Positions 11,337 through 21,095 of a stretch of DNA of 64,000 nucleotides are shown in pieces. Location: the NCBI GenBank assembly GCA_050252455.1, contig JBFWKW010000002.1:129421-193420 (forward strand). The letters run 5' to 3'. The notes under the pieces are model-generated. The model was not told the DNA's origin, made no database searches, and saw only the letters and a program-made list of their open reading frames with translations. Each line of letters starts with the position of its first letter. The first letter of the stretch is position 1. A program made the position numbers and the translations under genes. This DNA is from Campylobacterales bacterium (GTDB lineage: Bacteria > Campylobacterota > Campylobacteria > Campylobacterales > UBA6016).

Positions 11337-11768
11337 TTATTTCACAACCTTTATTTTGGTTTCGTGAATCGGTTCGAATCTCACCTTATCCATCTCTCCA
11401 GCATATGGCCCTTGCTTAATCTCTATCATTTCCGTCTCTTCCAACATCTCAAATCCATGCCCCCCATGCGCTAGCAGTATCACATCGCCAGCGTACAATA
11501 TCCTACTTTCTATGTACTCCTTTGAGTCGTCGTAATAATCGACCCTGATACTGCCACTCTTAACAAGAAGCACTTCTTGCGTTAACTCAACATTTCTCGG
11601 AACAATGTTATGTACATGCGGCGGTATAACATATTTTTCAGGCCGTTTCATATAGGCCAACTGCTGAGAAAAATCATCGGGCGTAAAAAATTCTATACCA
11701 TTTTTCTCAAAATCTCTTCTGATAATTACAGATAAGAGTTTGCCGTTAAAATTAACAAATTCAATCAT
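11337..11768 (-). CDS. Cupin-fold protein (metal-binding HxH...E...H)
   Basis: PPHVHN...TQEVLLVKSG and GDVILLAHGGHGF match the two cupin motifs. Confidence 0.7.
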   Translation of the reverse strand: MIEFVNFNGKLLSVIIRRDFEKNGIEFFTPDDFSQQLAYMKRPEKYVIPPHVHNIVPRNVELTQEVLLVKSGSIRVDYYDDSKEYIESRILYAGDVILLAHGGHGFEMLEETEMIEIKQGPYAGEMDKVRFEPIHETKIKVVK

Positions 11769-13027
11769 GCAAGCTTCTTTAATATATTTTTAGCCTCTTG
11801 GGCTAGGCTTTCGACACTGTTATTTTTTTCTATTAGTACAAAGCATTTCTGTGCCATATTTGCGGCATATTCTTTGTTGTTTATAAGCTCCACTATAGAA
11901 TTTGCAAAACTCCCCGGTTCATCGGCTATCAAAATATCTCTACCATGTTCCAACGGAATACCCTCTGCCCCCAATGTAGTCGACACAATAGGCACACAAC
12001 AGGCAGCCGCTTCCATAATTTTAAATCTAGTGCCTGATTCAAATTGCAGGGGCACGATAGAAACATCTGAGTTGCATAGATACGGCAAAACAGACGGCAT
12101 CTTTCCAAGTACTTCTATTTGAGGGTTTTTTATATCGCTTAGAGTCTCTTTGGAGCCGCTTCCGACTATGTAAAAATGGATATTAGGTATTTGCTTTTGC
12201 AGCAGTGGGAAAATATCGTCTATAAACCATCTTGCCGCTTTGTCCATTGCGCTTTTTGGGCCAAAAGAGCCTGCCAGATAAACCGACGGATTTTTGAAGT
12301 TTGCAGGCTTTGGCGGCTTTGTCGCATAGGTTTGCAAGTCTATGACGTTCGAGAAGATGTGTATTTTGTCTTTATTGGATGCAATGCTTTTATAATATTC
12401 TGCATCCACTTCCGAAACGGCCGTCGTAACATCGCATAAGTCTACCCACTCCTTCTCTTCTCTTTCTTTTCTAAGTCCATTTCTTTTTATTTTGGCGGCA
12501 CGGATAGGATCTTTTTCATATGGGAGTTCACGCAATACAAATCTAGACCATACGCTATCGGTATCACATACAATTTTGACTTCCGGCGCAAGTACTTTTA
12601 TCTTTTTCATCAAATGAAAAGAGATGTTGCCATAGCCAAACCATATAATATTTATATCGTGCTTTTTACAATATTCGATAATAAAATTAGCATCGGCATC
12701 TATATAGTCATACACTCTTACCAACAGTTGCGATATATACCTATCATCTTGTCTCGCATAATCCAGTACCCTCATCACTAATCTTTGTATCTTATGCAAA
12801 TATTTATTGCTTGAAAAGTTGACTACCGATGGCGAATACTCAAAATTATTACAAAATTGTCTAAAAAAAATTTCGGCATTATCACCCCCTATCTGCAAAA
12901 GTGAAGCCCTTGATATGATATGCAACTCCGAGCATTTTGCTAAAGCTTTTATCGAATTTGCTATCCTCAGTTGAGGTCCACCGGCAGGCGGATGCTCCAA
13001 TATCGGCGTAGTAAACAGTATTTTCAT
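11765..13027 (-). CDS. GT4 glycosyltransferase
   Basis: PPAGGPQLR, ESGTRFKIMEAAA, STTLGAEG. Confidence 0.85.
   Translation of the reverse strand: MKILFTTPILEHPPAGGPQLRIANSIKALAKCSELHIISRASLLQIGGDNAEIFFRQFCNNFEYSPSVVNFSSNKYLHKIQRLVMRVLDYARQDDRYISQLLVRVYDYIDADANFIIEYCKKHDINIIWFGYGNISFHLMKKIKVLAPEVKIVCDTDSVWSRFVLRELPYEKDPIRAAKIKRNGLRKEREEKEWVDLCDVTTAVSEVDAEYYKSIASNKDKIHIFSNVIDLQTYATKPPKPANFKNPSVYLAGSFGPKSAMDKAARWFIDDIFPLLQKQIPNIHFYIVGSGSKETLSDIKNPQIEVLGKMPSVLPYLCNSDVSIVPLQFESGTRFKIMEAAACCVPIVSTTLGAEGIPLEHGRDILIADEPGSFANSIVELINNKEYAANMAQKCFVLIEKNNSVESLAQEAKNILKKLA
12683..12790 (-). repeat. Degenerate in-frame tandem duplication, 2 x 18 codons, inside the GT4 gene
   Basis: IQRLVMRVLDYARQDDRY is followed directly by ISQLLVRVYDYIDADANF; I, L, R, V, D, Y and D are identical at matching positions. 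Confidence 0.5.
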
Positions 13028-14007
13028 ACAAAACTTCCTTTAATCTTCACAATTTCATACTTAACCATCTCTTCTATAGTCTCTTTCAGCCCCTTTGTCG
13101 GCTTCCACCCTAGTTCCTTATATGCCTTGGAATAATCCCCGACAAGAGGTATACTTTCGGCAGGTCTGATATAGCTTTTATTGATTTTGAGATATTTTTT
13201 ATAATCAAGGTTAAGAAGTGAAAATGAGATATCCAAAAAATCTTTTACACTATGCAGCTCTCCTGTCGCCAAAACAAAATCATCTGGCTCATGATGAGCC
13301 AATATCATAGTCATGCCTTTTACATAGTCTTTGGCATGACCCCAATCTCTTAAGGCATCAATATTTCCTAACTCTATCGTATCTGAGAGTCCCATGCTGA
13401 TTTTAACAGCGGAAGAGACTATTTTTTTCGTTACAAATTCATACCCTCTTCTTGGAGACTCATGATTAAATAAAATTCCTGAACTTGCGAATATTCCATG
13501 TTGTTTTCGATAGTTTTTAACAAGATGATAGCTAGCTAGTTTCGCTATACCGTATATAGACCTAGGGTTGAATTTTGTATTTTCATTTTGAGGACTCACT
13601 TCGGCATCGCCAAACATTTCACTTGATCCAGCAAAATAAAATCTACACTTAGGGCATAGCTCTTTTATACTTGATAACAAATAGTGCGTCGAGTTGAAAT
13701 TGTTTGATAGCACGGAAGATTCATCGTCAAATGAGTAGCTTACAAAACTAGATGCGGCCAGATGATAGCACTCATCGGGCCTTACTTGCGAAATAACTTT
13801 GTACACCGATAGATGATTATCTATAGAGCAAACATGTAACTGCAATCTATCAAGAATGTGGGATATGTTTGCAAGCTTGTGCTCTTTATCTTCCAGCGAC
13901 TCTCTTCTGATAATCCCATGAACCTCATAGCCTTTATCCAATAACAGCTCCACAAGGTAGGAACCGTCTTGTCCCGCTATTCCGGTAATTAGAGCCTTTT
14001 TACTCAT
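13024..14007 (-). CDS. gmd: Second, divergent GDP-mannose 4,6-dehydratase
   Basis: [47 protein letters not shown]. Confidence 0.85.
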   Translation of the reverse strand: MSKKALITGIAGQDGSYLVELLLDKGYEVHGIIRRESLEDKEHKLANISHILDRLQLHVCSIDNHLSVYKVISQVRPDECYHLAASSFVSYSFDDESSVLSNNFNSTHYLLSSIKELCPKCRFYFAGSSEMFGDAEVSPQNENTKFNPRSIYGIAKLASYHLVKNYRKQHGIFASSGILFNHESPRRGYEFVTKKIVSSAVKISMGLSDTIELGNIDALRDWGHAKDYVKGMTMILAHHEPDDFVLATGELHSVKDFLDISFSLLNLDYKKYLKINKSYIRPAESIPLVGDYSKAYKELGWKPTKGLKETIEEMVKYEIVKIKGSFV

Positions 14008-14028
14008 TGCTATCTTTCGAATCAGTCA

Positions 14029-15204
14029 TCATCTAACTTCTTTTCTAAGTTTTTCAAATTCTTCCACATAGGCTGGATGTTTTTTGAGCCAAATTTCTCT
14101 TTGTTTTTTCATATTAGAAATATGCTCATCAAAGTTTTGACTATTCAAAACAACTCCAAAATCCTTATATTTATCTCCATTCGCAAAATTGCTACCGAAA
14201 ATTCTATCTAACATTATATCACCAAGCTCTTTTTTATAATGAGAGGCGTCCCAATACCATCCCATTTTGGCTTTAATATCCCCAACCGGAGGAATTTCTT
14301 CCATGGTAAAAGTACTATACCCGCTAAAATCCCACAACAAAAATGGGGTTTTATTGTTATCTGATGCAGCCTTCTCGTTAATCAATATTATTTTTTTCTT
14401 CCAATTTTCCCACTTATCCATACCCAGTGCAACATCCAAGGCTTCCCACTGTCTAGCATGCGACGGAGATATAAAAAGAATAACTTTTATATTGTTTTTA
14501 TACGCCTTGTCAAGTATTCTCTCAAATGCCTGAAGGTGTGCAACTTGTGACATATTGAGTTCTTTTTTTTCGGAATAAGCTTTAGTAACATAGTTTCTAG
14601 CACCTATCCGAAACAACTCTCCATGTCCACCAAGATTATATACATCCTGTTGATAGGCCAAACTATTACCCATACCGTTTGGTATAAATCTAGAAATATT
14701 TGATTGTTTCTGAACCGTGGATATTGATTTTAAAAAGACAGAAGATGAAAATAGATACTTATATTTTGCATTTCCAGTAAAATCTTCACGCTTGAAATCA
14801 TCTTGAAAAAGCATTTTGTGATAAAAAGCAAAAAAATCCAAACCGATGATGACTGTTTTTAAGTTTCCGGACTTGAGAGCCTTGTCAAAAAAGTACTCAT
14901 ATTCATATGGAAGACCTGTATATAATGCGCAATTAAAAGTTTTTTGCCCTTCAAAATTCTTATTTGAAGGATCAAGTCCAACGTGGGTTCTAGATGTTCC
15001 AAGAAAAATAACTTCTGGCTTATTGTCAAGCTTGTATGTTTTCCATGTTCGCAAATTTTCCTCTATCATGGGCTTTTTTGCATTTACATATCTTACACTT
15101 GGTGAATTAAAAATATCTAAAGGGTCGATAAAATAATTGAACAATGGCACAAATGCTAAAACCAACAATGCGGTAACCAATACTTTTATAAAAAAAAGCT
15201 TCAT
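14029..15204 (-). CDS. Membrane-anchored SGNH/AlgJ-like O-acetyltransferase partner
   Basis: N-terminal TM anchor, GTSR (block I G-x-S) and WDASH (DxxH). Directly downstream of an MBOAT gene. Confidence 0.6.
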   Translation of the reverse strand: MKLFFIKVLVTALLVLAFVPLFNYFIDPLDIFNSPSVRYVNAKKPMIEENLRTWKTYKLDNKPEVIFLGTSRTHVGLDPSNKNFEGQKTFNCALYTGLPYEYEYFFDKALKSGNLKTVIIGLDFFAFYHKMLFQDDFKREDFTGNAKYKYLFSSSVFLKSISTVQKQSNISRFIPNGMGNSLAYQQDVYNLGGHGELFRIGARNYVTKAYSEKKELNMSQVAHLQAFERILDKAYKNNIKVILFISPSHARQWEALDVALGMDKWENWKKKIILINEKAASDNNKTPFLLWDFSGYSTFTMEEIPPVGDIKAKMGWYWDASHYKKELGDIMLDRIFGSNFANGDKYKDFGVVLNSQNFDEHISNMKKQREIWLKKHPAYVEEFEKLRKEVR

Positions 15205-15211
15205 TTAGTTC

Positions 15212-16703
15212 TCAAAAATTAAAATATATAAATTCGCTGACTTTATTGACACCAAGTAAGCCCGCCGCCAATAAGACGCCTATATACATAGCTACCCACC
15301 CGTTAAATCTGGTCCTAGCCACCCACTCCATTGAGTTCTTATAGTATAGTGTAAAGATAAATATCCCAAACAACATAGCCAAGTCTTTTGCGCCGCTCAT
15401 GCCTGCCCTGTCTAGCCACGGTCCAAATGTAATGCCGTACGGAACAACAAAAGCAGTAAGTTTAGCTTCAAGGAAAGATGGCAAAACAACGCCACCAAGT
15501 CCAAACATTCCGCCTAAAACTTTAAAGGCGCTATCCATATCTTTTGCCCTAAAAAATATCCAAGCAATATTCACGAAGTTAAATGTTAAAAACCACGCAA
15601 GATACTTATTCATGACTAAGCCAAGATTTTGCCATACCCTATGAACCACCATTGCAATACCATGCAATGCGCCCCATATTACAAACATCCAAGATGCACC
15701 GTGCCATAAACCGCCTATGAAGAAAACTATGAATAGATTAAAATAAATTCTCAGCTTCGAAGTCTTATTGCCGCCAAGTGGTATATAAATATAATCTCTT
15801 AAAAATCTACTAAGCGTAATATGCCATCTTCGCCAGAAATCTTGAATGCTTACAGCCTTGTATGGCGAGTTAAAGTTGATAGGCAATCTAATGTTAAACA
15901 TAAGGCTCATACCTATTGCCATATCAGTATATCCACTAAAATCAAAATATAATTGTAATGTATAAGATATACTTGTAGCCCATGCCTCAAACAACCCTAG
16001 CGAAGACGCTGTATCAAAACCAGCATTTGCCCATACGGCAAGATTGTCCGCTATCATGATTTTTTTAAATAACCCGATGCTAAACAGGCAAATACCCATT
16101 GCCATATTTTTCCATCTTACGGCAAAGTTCCAAGTAGACGCAAATTGGGGCATCATTTCCCTATGATGCAATATAGGGCCCGCTAACAAATGTGGAAAAT
16201 ATGTTACAAAAAGCAGATACCTAGCGATGTCGTACTCTTTAACAAAGCCCTTAAATGAGTCCACTAAAAACGCTATTTGCGTAAATGTAAAAAAGCTAAT
16301 CCCTAAAGGCAAAATAATGTGTGGCAACGGAATATCAGAGCCAAATACGCCGTTAAAATTTTGTAAAAAGAAGTCTGTGTATTTGAAATATGCCAACAAA
16401 GAAATATTAAAAATAATACCTAGCGTCAATAGCGTTCTTGCGGATATATACTTCAAAAGCATACTCGAATTGGTACGCAACTCGCCGTGATGCCTTGCTA
16501 TCGCTGAGCCTATGTAAAAGTTGACAAAAATACTTATGAGCAGTAGCGGAATATAATGCATATCCCAATAGCCGTAAAAAAATATACTTCCACCTGCTAA
16601 CCATAATCGAGAGAGTTGTTAGACGTTTATAGGCAAAAAAGAAATATCCCAAAAGCATAATTGGGAGAAAAATTAGTATGAATTGATAAGAGTTAAATAA
16701 CAC
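15212..16703 (-). pseudogene. MBOAT O-acyltransferase (AlgI-like), split by a frameshift about 30 codons after the start
   Basis: GTG 16703 gives MLFNSYQFILIFLP...KRLTTL. The continuation SRLWLAGGSIFFYGYWDMHY...PLGISFFTF...DFSGYTD...FWRRWHITLS...LWHG is in another frame, closed upstream by TAA. Adding one CT to the CTCTCTC tract restores a 497-aa ORF. Confidence 0.85.
16609..16615 (-). repeat. Short CT dinucleotide tract at the MBOAT frameshift
   Basis: The + strand reads GAGAGAG and the coding strand reads ACT-CTC-TCG-A. Both frames read CTC here. Confidence 0.6.
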
Positions 16704-17358
16704 TTGGCGATATCTTAAAGAATGTAGATAATCTATCTGCCCTGTTTGGCTTTAATATAAGGTTTGGGCTTCTGTCTATCACCAATGTATCTTTTTCTAT
16801 GTCACAATTATTTACGAAGGCGCCATTGGAGAGGCAGGAGTTTTGTCCGATTCGGGACTTTCCGACTATAGATGAATTGGGATACATGACGACGCCTTCG
16901 CCAAGAATAGGATATTCGCAATGTCCGTTTGCCCCTACGGTACAACCTTGCGCAACAAAAAAGTAATTAGAATACTTTGCTTTACCCAAAACTATACCTC
17001 CACCGTGTATCACTAAGAATATATCCGGCAACTCTGTATCATACATACAGTGGAAGCCGTGAAGAGTTTTATTGAGATAAAAAAGTTTGCTAGCAAGGTT
17101 GATATCACCTGTCTTATAGGCTATATTGGAGCAAAAATAAATAAAAACTACATAATGGTCTGCATTTAGGTGATTGAAATATATTTGCCCGCCCAGTCTA
17201 TAATGTTTTAACAATATGTGAGCAAAACAGTACTCTATTTTTTTTAATGCCGAGGGAACAGTCTCTGATAAACATATTTCCATCTCGTCAGGAAACAGAT
17301 TGGATATTTGTTTTTCTAAATATTTCAGCAATTGAGGCTCGGAAAGGCTAGTGCGCAT
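16693..17358 (-). CDS. Hexapeptide-repeat (serine-acetyltransferase-like) acetyltransferase
   Basis: ASKLFYLNK, VIHGGGIVLG, QGCTVG, PILGEGVVMYPNSSIVGKSRIG (left-handed beta-helix repeats). Confidence 0.75.
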   Translation of the reverse strand: MRTSLSEPQLLKYLEKQISNLFPDEMEICLSETVPSALKKIEYCFAHILLKHYRLGGQIYFNHLNADHYVVFIYFCSNIAYKTGDINLASKLFYLNKTLHGFHCMYDTELPDIFLVIHGGGIVLGKAKYSNYFFVAQGCTVGANGHCEYPILGEGVVMYPNSSIVGKSRIGQNSCLSNGAFVNNCDIEKDTLVIDRSPNLILKPNRADRLSTFFKISPSVI

Positions 17359-17391
17359 CAATACTCCAATCTGCCGACCAAACTGATGAGT

Positions 17392-18492
17392 TCATGAAAG
17401 AGCTATCTTTTCCAGTGTAGTAAAGGTTAGTTTCTTAGAGTTAATGCTCTTTACGATTTCATCATAATAATTTTGATTTGCCACTATCACTATTTGCTCT
17501 TTTTCAGTATCTATGGAGTCTGGTGGCAAAATCTGATGCCCCGTAAATCCGATATATTTATGCTGCTTTTTTGGATTAATATCAACTAAATATTTTACTT
17601 TTGACCTATCCTTATCCAATAGATTGACAAATGTGATACCTTTAGAACCGCCGCCCCATATGATTATGTTATTGTTATTTAATAAGAAATTTTTATATTT
17701 TAAAAATGCGTCAGCAAAGACTGCACTGTATCTCTTGAAATCAGTACCGCCAACAGAATCTTTTAAGTCTGATAAGTTTGTTATCATATAGAGATACTGC
17801 CCACCAAAAACTTTGCCTATTGTTGCTTTTTTAAACAATGCCGACAACGATTTCGCGCAAAAATAATTACAATGCTCATTGTAAATATCCCAAAAAGCTT
17901 GATTATCCACTATCCAATCAAAATCGGGCACTTCAATATATACGCTTCCTTTGTAACCGTTTGCCTTTGCGATTTGATGCAAAAACTCCAATGGACTTTC
18001 TATATGCTCTAGCACATGCCTTAAAACTATTAAATCAGCATCCAATGAAGAGTACTTATCGCTATAGTAATCTTTGACTATAAGACTGCTGTTTCCTTCG
18101 TACGCAGGGTCAAAACCCGTAATTGACGTAAAGCCATTTTTTAATAGCATTTCCAGAAAAAAGCCCTTGCCGCACCCTATTTCAATAATCCTTTTGTCTT
18201 TGTATCCTGCAGACTGCAGCATGTTTGCTATTTCATTCAAATAATTTACAAAATGCCCTGAATAGTTCTGCTCATTCTGATAGTCTCCGTCATAATCCAT
18301 AATAGATGAATCAAAATTAGAATTAAAAACCAGTCCGCACTCCAGACATTGCGATAACTCAACACTAACTTTTTTTATACAAACCGCCTCTTCATGCGCA
18401 TCAAAAGTTTTGTTCTGAAAAATAGGCAACTCATCGGCTTTGTAAATCTCTTTTAAACCAGTATTTCCGCATACGGGACATTTCTTATTCAC
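17392..18492 (-). CDS. Zn-ribbon class I SAM methyltransferase with C-methyltransferase-type C-terminal domain
   Basis: CPVCG...CLECG, IEIGCGKGFFL, RHVLEHI, IYNEHCNYF, IWGGGSKG. Confidence 0.78.
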   Translation of the reverse strand: MNKKCPVCGNTGLKEIYKADELPIFQNKTFDAHEEAVCIKKVSVELSQCLECGLVFNSNFDSSIMDYDGDYQNEQNYSGHFVNYLNEIANMLQSAGYKDKRIIEIGCGKGFFLEMLLKNGFTSITGFDPAYEGNSSLIVKDYYSDKYSSLDADLIVLRHVLEHIESPLEFLHQIAKANGYKGSVYIEVPDFDWIVDNQAFWDIYNEHCNYFCAKSLSALFKKATIGKVFGGQYLYMITNLSDLKDSVGGTDFKRYSAVFADAFLKYKNFLLNNNNIIIWGGGSKGITFVNLLDKDRSKVKYLVDINPKKQHKYIGFTGHQILPPDSIDTEKEQIVIVANQNYYDEIVKSINSKKLTFTTLEKIALS

Positions 18493-19333
18493 TATGCAAG
18501 CCTTTAATTTTGTTTAAATTGTTAATTTTCCCCCAAAAAGCCATAGGTTCATAGTCTGGATACGGATAAACTCCCAAATTAGGACGTATTTTAGAATATT
18601 TTTCTGATATGATTTTTTCAACTAGCCTTCGCACAGATATTGGCTCACCGCTACAGCAGTTTACTACGCCGCATATCTCAGTTTGCAGCGCAATTGCAAT
18701 AATATTTTTAGCAACATCTGACACATGCAAATAATCTCTTAATTGCTCTCCTCCTGACATATCAAACTTTTCATCACCCATTGCTATCGCATTCTCAAGC
18801 ATCGGAATCAAGGAATTACTATTCTGTCCGTCACCGTACATATAGAAAAGCCTAGCCCATTTGAATGAACATTTAAGTTCTTGGGCTACAAATTCAACAG
18901 CTTTCCTAAGATTGTCCTTTGCTACCGCATATGGATTTGAAGGCATTGTCCCGCCATTTTCATCCAATGGACCGCTTTGCATACCATACTCAAAGCAAGT
19001 ACCGGTTACCGTTAGGTTGCGGAGTCCGCCTTCAATAGCATTTTTCAAAAATAAAAACTGATTCGCCCCCTCCGTCAGGTGTGTTGCAGATTTATAATTT
19101 GGCAATCCGTCCCATGCTAAATGTATTAAAACATCAGGCTTTGAAAGTGCCAAATACGCATCTCCCGAGAAATTAGAAATATCAAGTTCGCGTAACTCAA
19201 TACCTTTAAGCCATGCGCATTCTCTGGCAGTCTCGGCACTCCTTACTATAGCCACTATCGTATGTTCTTTTGGCAATAATGGCACCAGATGCCTACCTAT
19301 AAATCCGGTTGCGCCAGTAATAGCTATTTTCAA
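18485..19333 (-). CDS. NAD-dependent epimerase / 4-keto reductase (extended SDR)
   Basis: ITGATGFIG, GTCFEYG, YAVAK, QLRDYLHV. Start moved to TTG 19333 (TTGA overlap). Confidence 0.85.
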   Translation of the reverse strand: MKIAITGATGFIGRHLVPLLPKEHTIVAIVRSAETARECAWLKGIELRELDISNFSGDAYLALSKPDVLIHLAWDGLPNYKSATHLTEGANQFLFLKNAIEGGLRNLTVTGTCFEYGMQSGPLDENGGTMPSNPYAVAKDNLRKAVEFVAQELKCSFKWARLFYMYGDGQNSNSLIPMLENAIAMGDEKFDMSGGEQLRDYLHVSDVAKNIIAIALQTEICGVVNCCSGEPISVRRLVEKIISEKYSKIRPNLGVYPYPDYEPMAFWGKINNLNKIKGLHSE

Positions 19334-20541
19334 ACAATATCCAAAAACGGAATTGCCGTAACAAACTTTCCGTTCCATCCACGAATATAGGAAAGTTGCG
19401 TCATCACTTCTTCTTTGATATTCCATGGAAAAATAACTACGAAATCAGGGTGAATTTCTCTTATTATCTCTTCCGTAACGATAGGAATATGACTACCTGG
19501 TAAATAATTCCCTATTTTGAGCGGAGCCTTATCTACGACAAAATCAATCAGGTCATTTTTTATTCCGCAATAGTTTAGCAGTGTATTCCCTTTCGCAGCG
19601 GCGCCATACCCTGCGACTTTTTTATTTTCTTTTTTAGCTTTTAATAGAAATTCTAGAAAATCATATTTTATTTTGTTTGCTTTTATTTGAAAACTACCGT
19701 ACCCATCCAGTGAATCTAAATGTGCGGCGCTCTCTTTTTTGAGTACACTGTAGTAGCTATCGCTTTTTTTACGATTATCGTCTTTATGTGTTGCGTATAT
19801 CCTGATGCTTCCGCCGTGAGTCGGTATTTCATCAGTATCGAAGATAGTCAATCCGTTCGCTTCAAACACTTTAGTAGTCGTATATAAAGAAAGATATGAA
19901 AAATGTTCGTGATAGATGGTGTCAAATTGGTTTTGAGATATCAGGTTTAGTACATGAGGAAACTCCATAGTAATGATACCATCTGGCTTTAAAGCTAACT
20001 TCAAGCCTTTCACGAAATCATTAATATCAGGCACATGCGCCAAAACATTATTGCCAAGAATCAAATCTGCTTTCGGCAAGCCACAAGCAAGCTTTTCTCC
20101 AAAAAAATCTTCAATTACTTCGATGCCTTTGCTTCTTGCAACATCTGCTGTACTTTTTGTCGGTTCTATACCTATACACGGAATATTTTTTAATTTAAAA
20201 AACTGCAAAAGATAACCGTCATTACTAGCAATCTCTATCACTTGCGAACTGCTGCTCAATTTTTGTTTTTCAGTTATCATTTCTACATATTTTCTGGCGT
20301 GTTCGACCCAACTGCTGGACATAGAGCTAAAATAAGCATAGTTTGCACTAAATAGCTCATCGCTTTTATGGTACTCATCTACTTGAACCAAAAAGCATTT
20401 ATCGCAAACAAGCACTTTTAACGGATAAAAATTTTCCGGCTCATTTAACTGTTCATGCGATAAATAAGCGTTTGAGGCCGGTGCATTAATCAAATCTATC
20501 AGCTCATGCTTGGCCTCATGTCCGCAAAATCTACATTTCAT
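19330..20541 (-). CDS. NDP-hexose C-methyltransferase (TcaB9/EryBIII/NovU family)
   Basis: CRFCG...CDKC zinc site, YAYFSS, EIASNDG, NVLAHVPD, DTIYHEH, HGGSIR, GYGAAAKGNTLLNY. Confidence 0.88.
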   Translation of the reverse strand: MKCRFCGHEAKHELIDLINAPASNAYLSHEQLNEPENFYPLKVLVCDKCFLVQVDEYHKSDELFSANYAYFSSMSSSWVEHARKYVEMITEKQKLSSSSQVIEIASNDGYLLQFFKLKNIPCIGIEPTKSTADVARSKGIEVIEDFFGEKLACGLPKADLILGNNVLAHVPDINDFVKGLKLALKPDGIITMEFPHVLNLISQNQFDTIYHEHFSYLSLYTTTKVFEANGLTIFDTDEIPTHGGSIRIYATHKDDNRKKSDSYYSVLKKESAAHLDSLDGYGSFQIKANKIKYDFLEFLLKAKKENKKVAGYGAAAKGNTLLNYCGIKNDLIDFVVDKAPLKIGNYLPGSHIPIVTEEIIREIHPDFVVIFPWNIKEEVMTQLSYIRGWNGKFVTAIPFLDIV

Positions 20542-21095
20542 ATTTCTATACCTTTAAAACCTGTCTGTATCATCTGATGTCCACGATCTCTCTCCGAGAT
20601 ATCCACAAATGGCAGAGGCCAATCAATCCCCAATAAAGGATCCGCAACATTTAACGCGCCCTCATTGCCTGGAGCATAAACTTCACTGTGTAAATAAAGA
20701 AGCTCCGAGTTGTCTTCAAGTGTTTGAAAACCATGGGCAAACCCCTTTGGAATTAGGATTGCGGACATATTCTCTTTTGACAAAATCATACCAAACCATT
20801 GCAAAAATGTATTAGAGTTTTCTCTCACATCGACAATAACGTCAAAAACACTGCCGCTAATACATTTCACAATTTTTATCTCAGAGTTTGGGGTATACTG
20901 AAAATGCATACCCCTGACAGAGCCTTTTTTATTTGTAACAGAGTGATTAATTTGAGCAATATCGCCTGTAAATATATCGCTTAACTCTTCTTTGCAAAAC
21001 AGTCTCGAAAAACTGCCCCTGTTATCCTCATATTTATTTGGCTTTATGCTGTATGCACCATCCAGTGGAAGCTCGATTAAGCTTAGTTTACCCAT
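20538..21095 (-). CDS. rfbC: NDP-4-keto-6-deoxyhexose 3,5-epimerase (RmlC/RfbC family)
   Basis: DNRGSF, QINHS, RGMHFQ, FDVIVDVR, PKGFAHGF. Confidence 0.85.
   Translation of the reverse strand: MGKLSLIELPLDGAYSIKPNKYEDNRGSFSRLFCKEELSDIFTGDIAQINHSVTNKKGSVRGMHFQYTPNSEIKIVKCISGSVFDVIVDVRENSNTFLQWFGMILSKENMSAILIPKGFAHGFQTLEDNSELLYLHSEVYAPGNEGALNVADPLLGIDWPLPFVDISERDRGHQMIQTGFKGIEI

Noticed and set aside
16407-16703. 98-aa ORF as an independent small gene
   Set aside because: Its first ~30 residues are the MBOAT N-terminus; the rest is out-of-frame read-through.
19334-19426. N-terminal extensions in the ORF track (also 2627-2650, 9472-9501, 22178-22213, 28039-28071, 33874-33933)
   Set aside because: Most overlap the upstream gene, and all lie before the first family motif. 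The downstream starts have an SD or a stop/start overlap.
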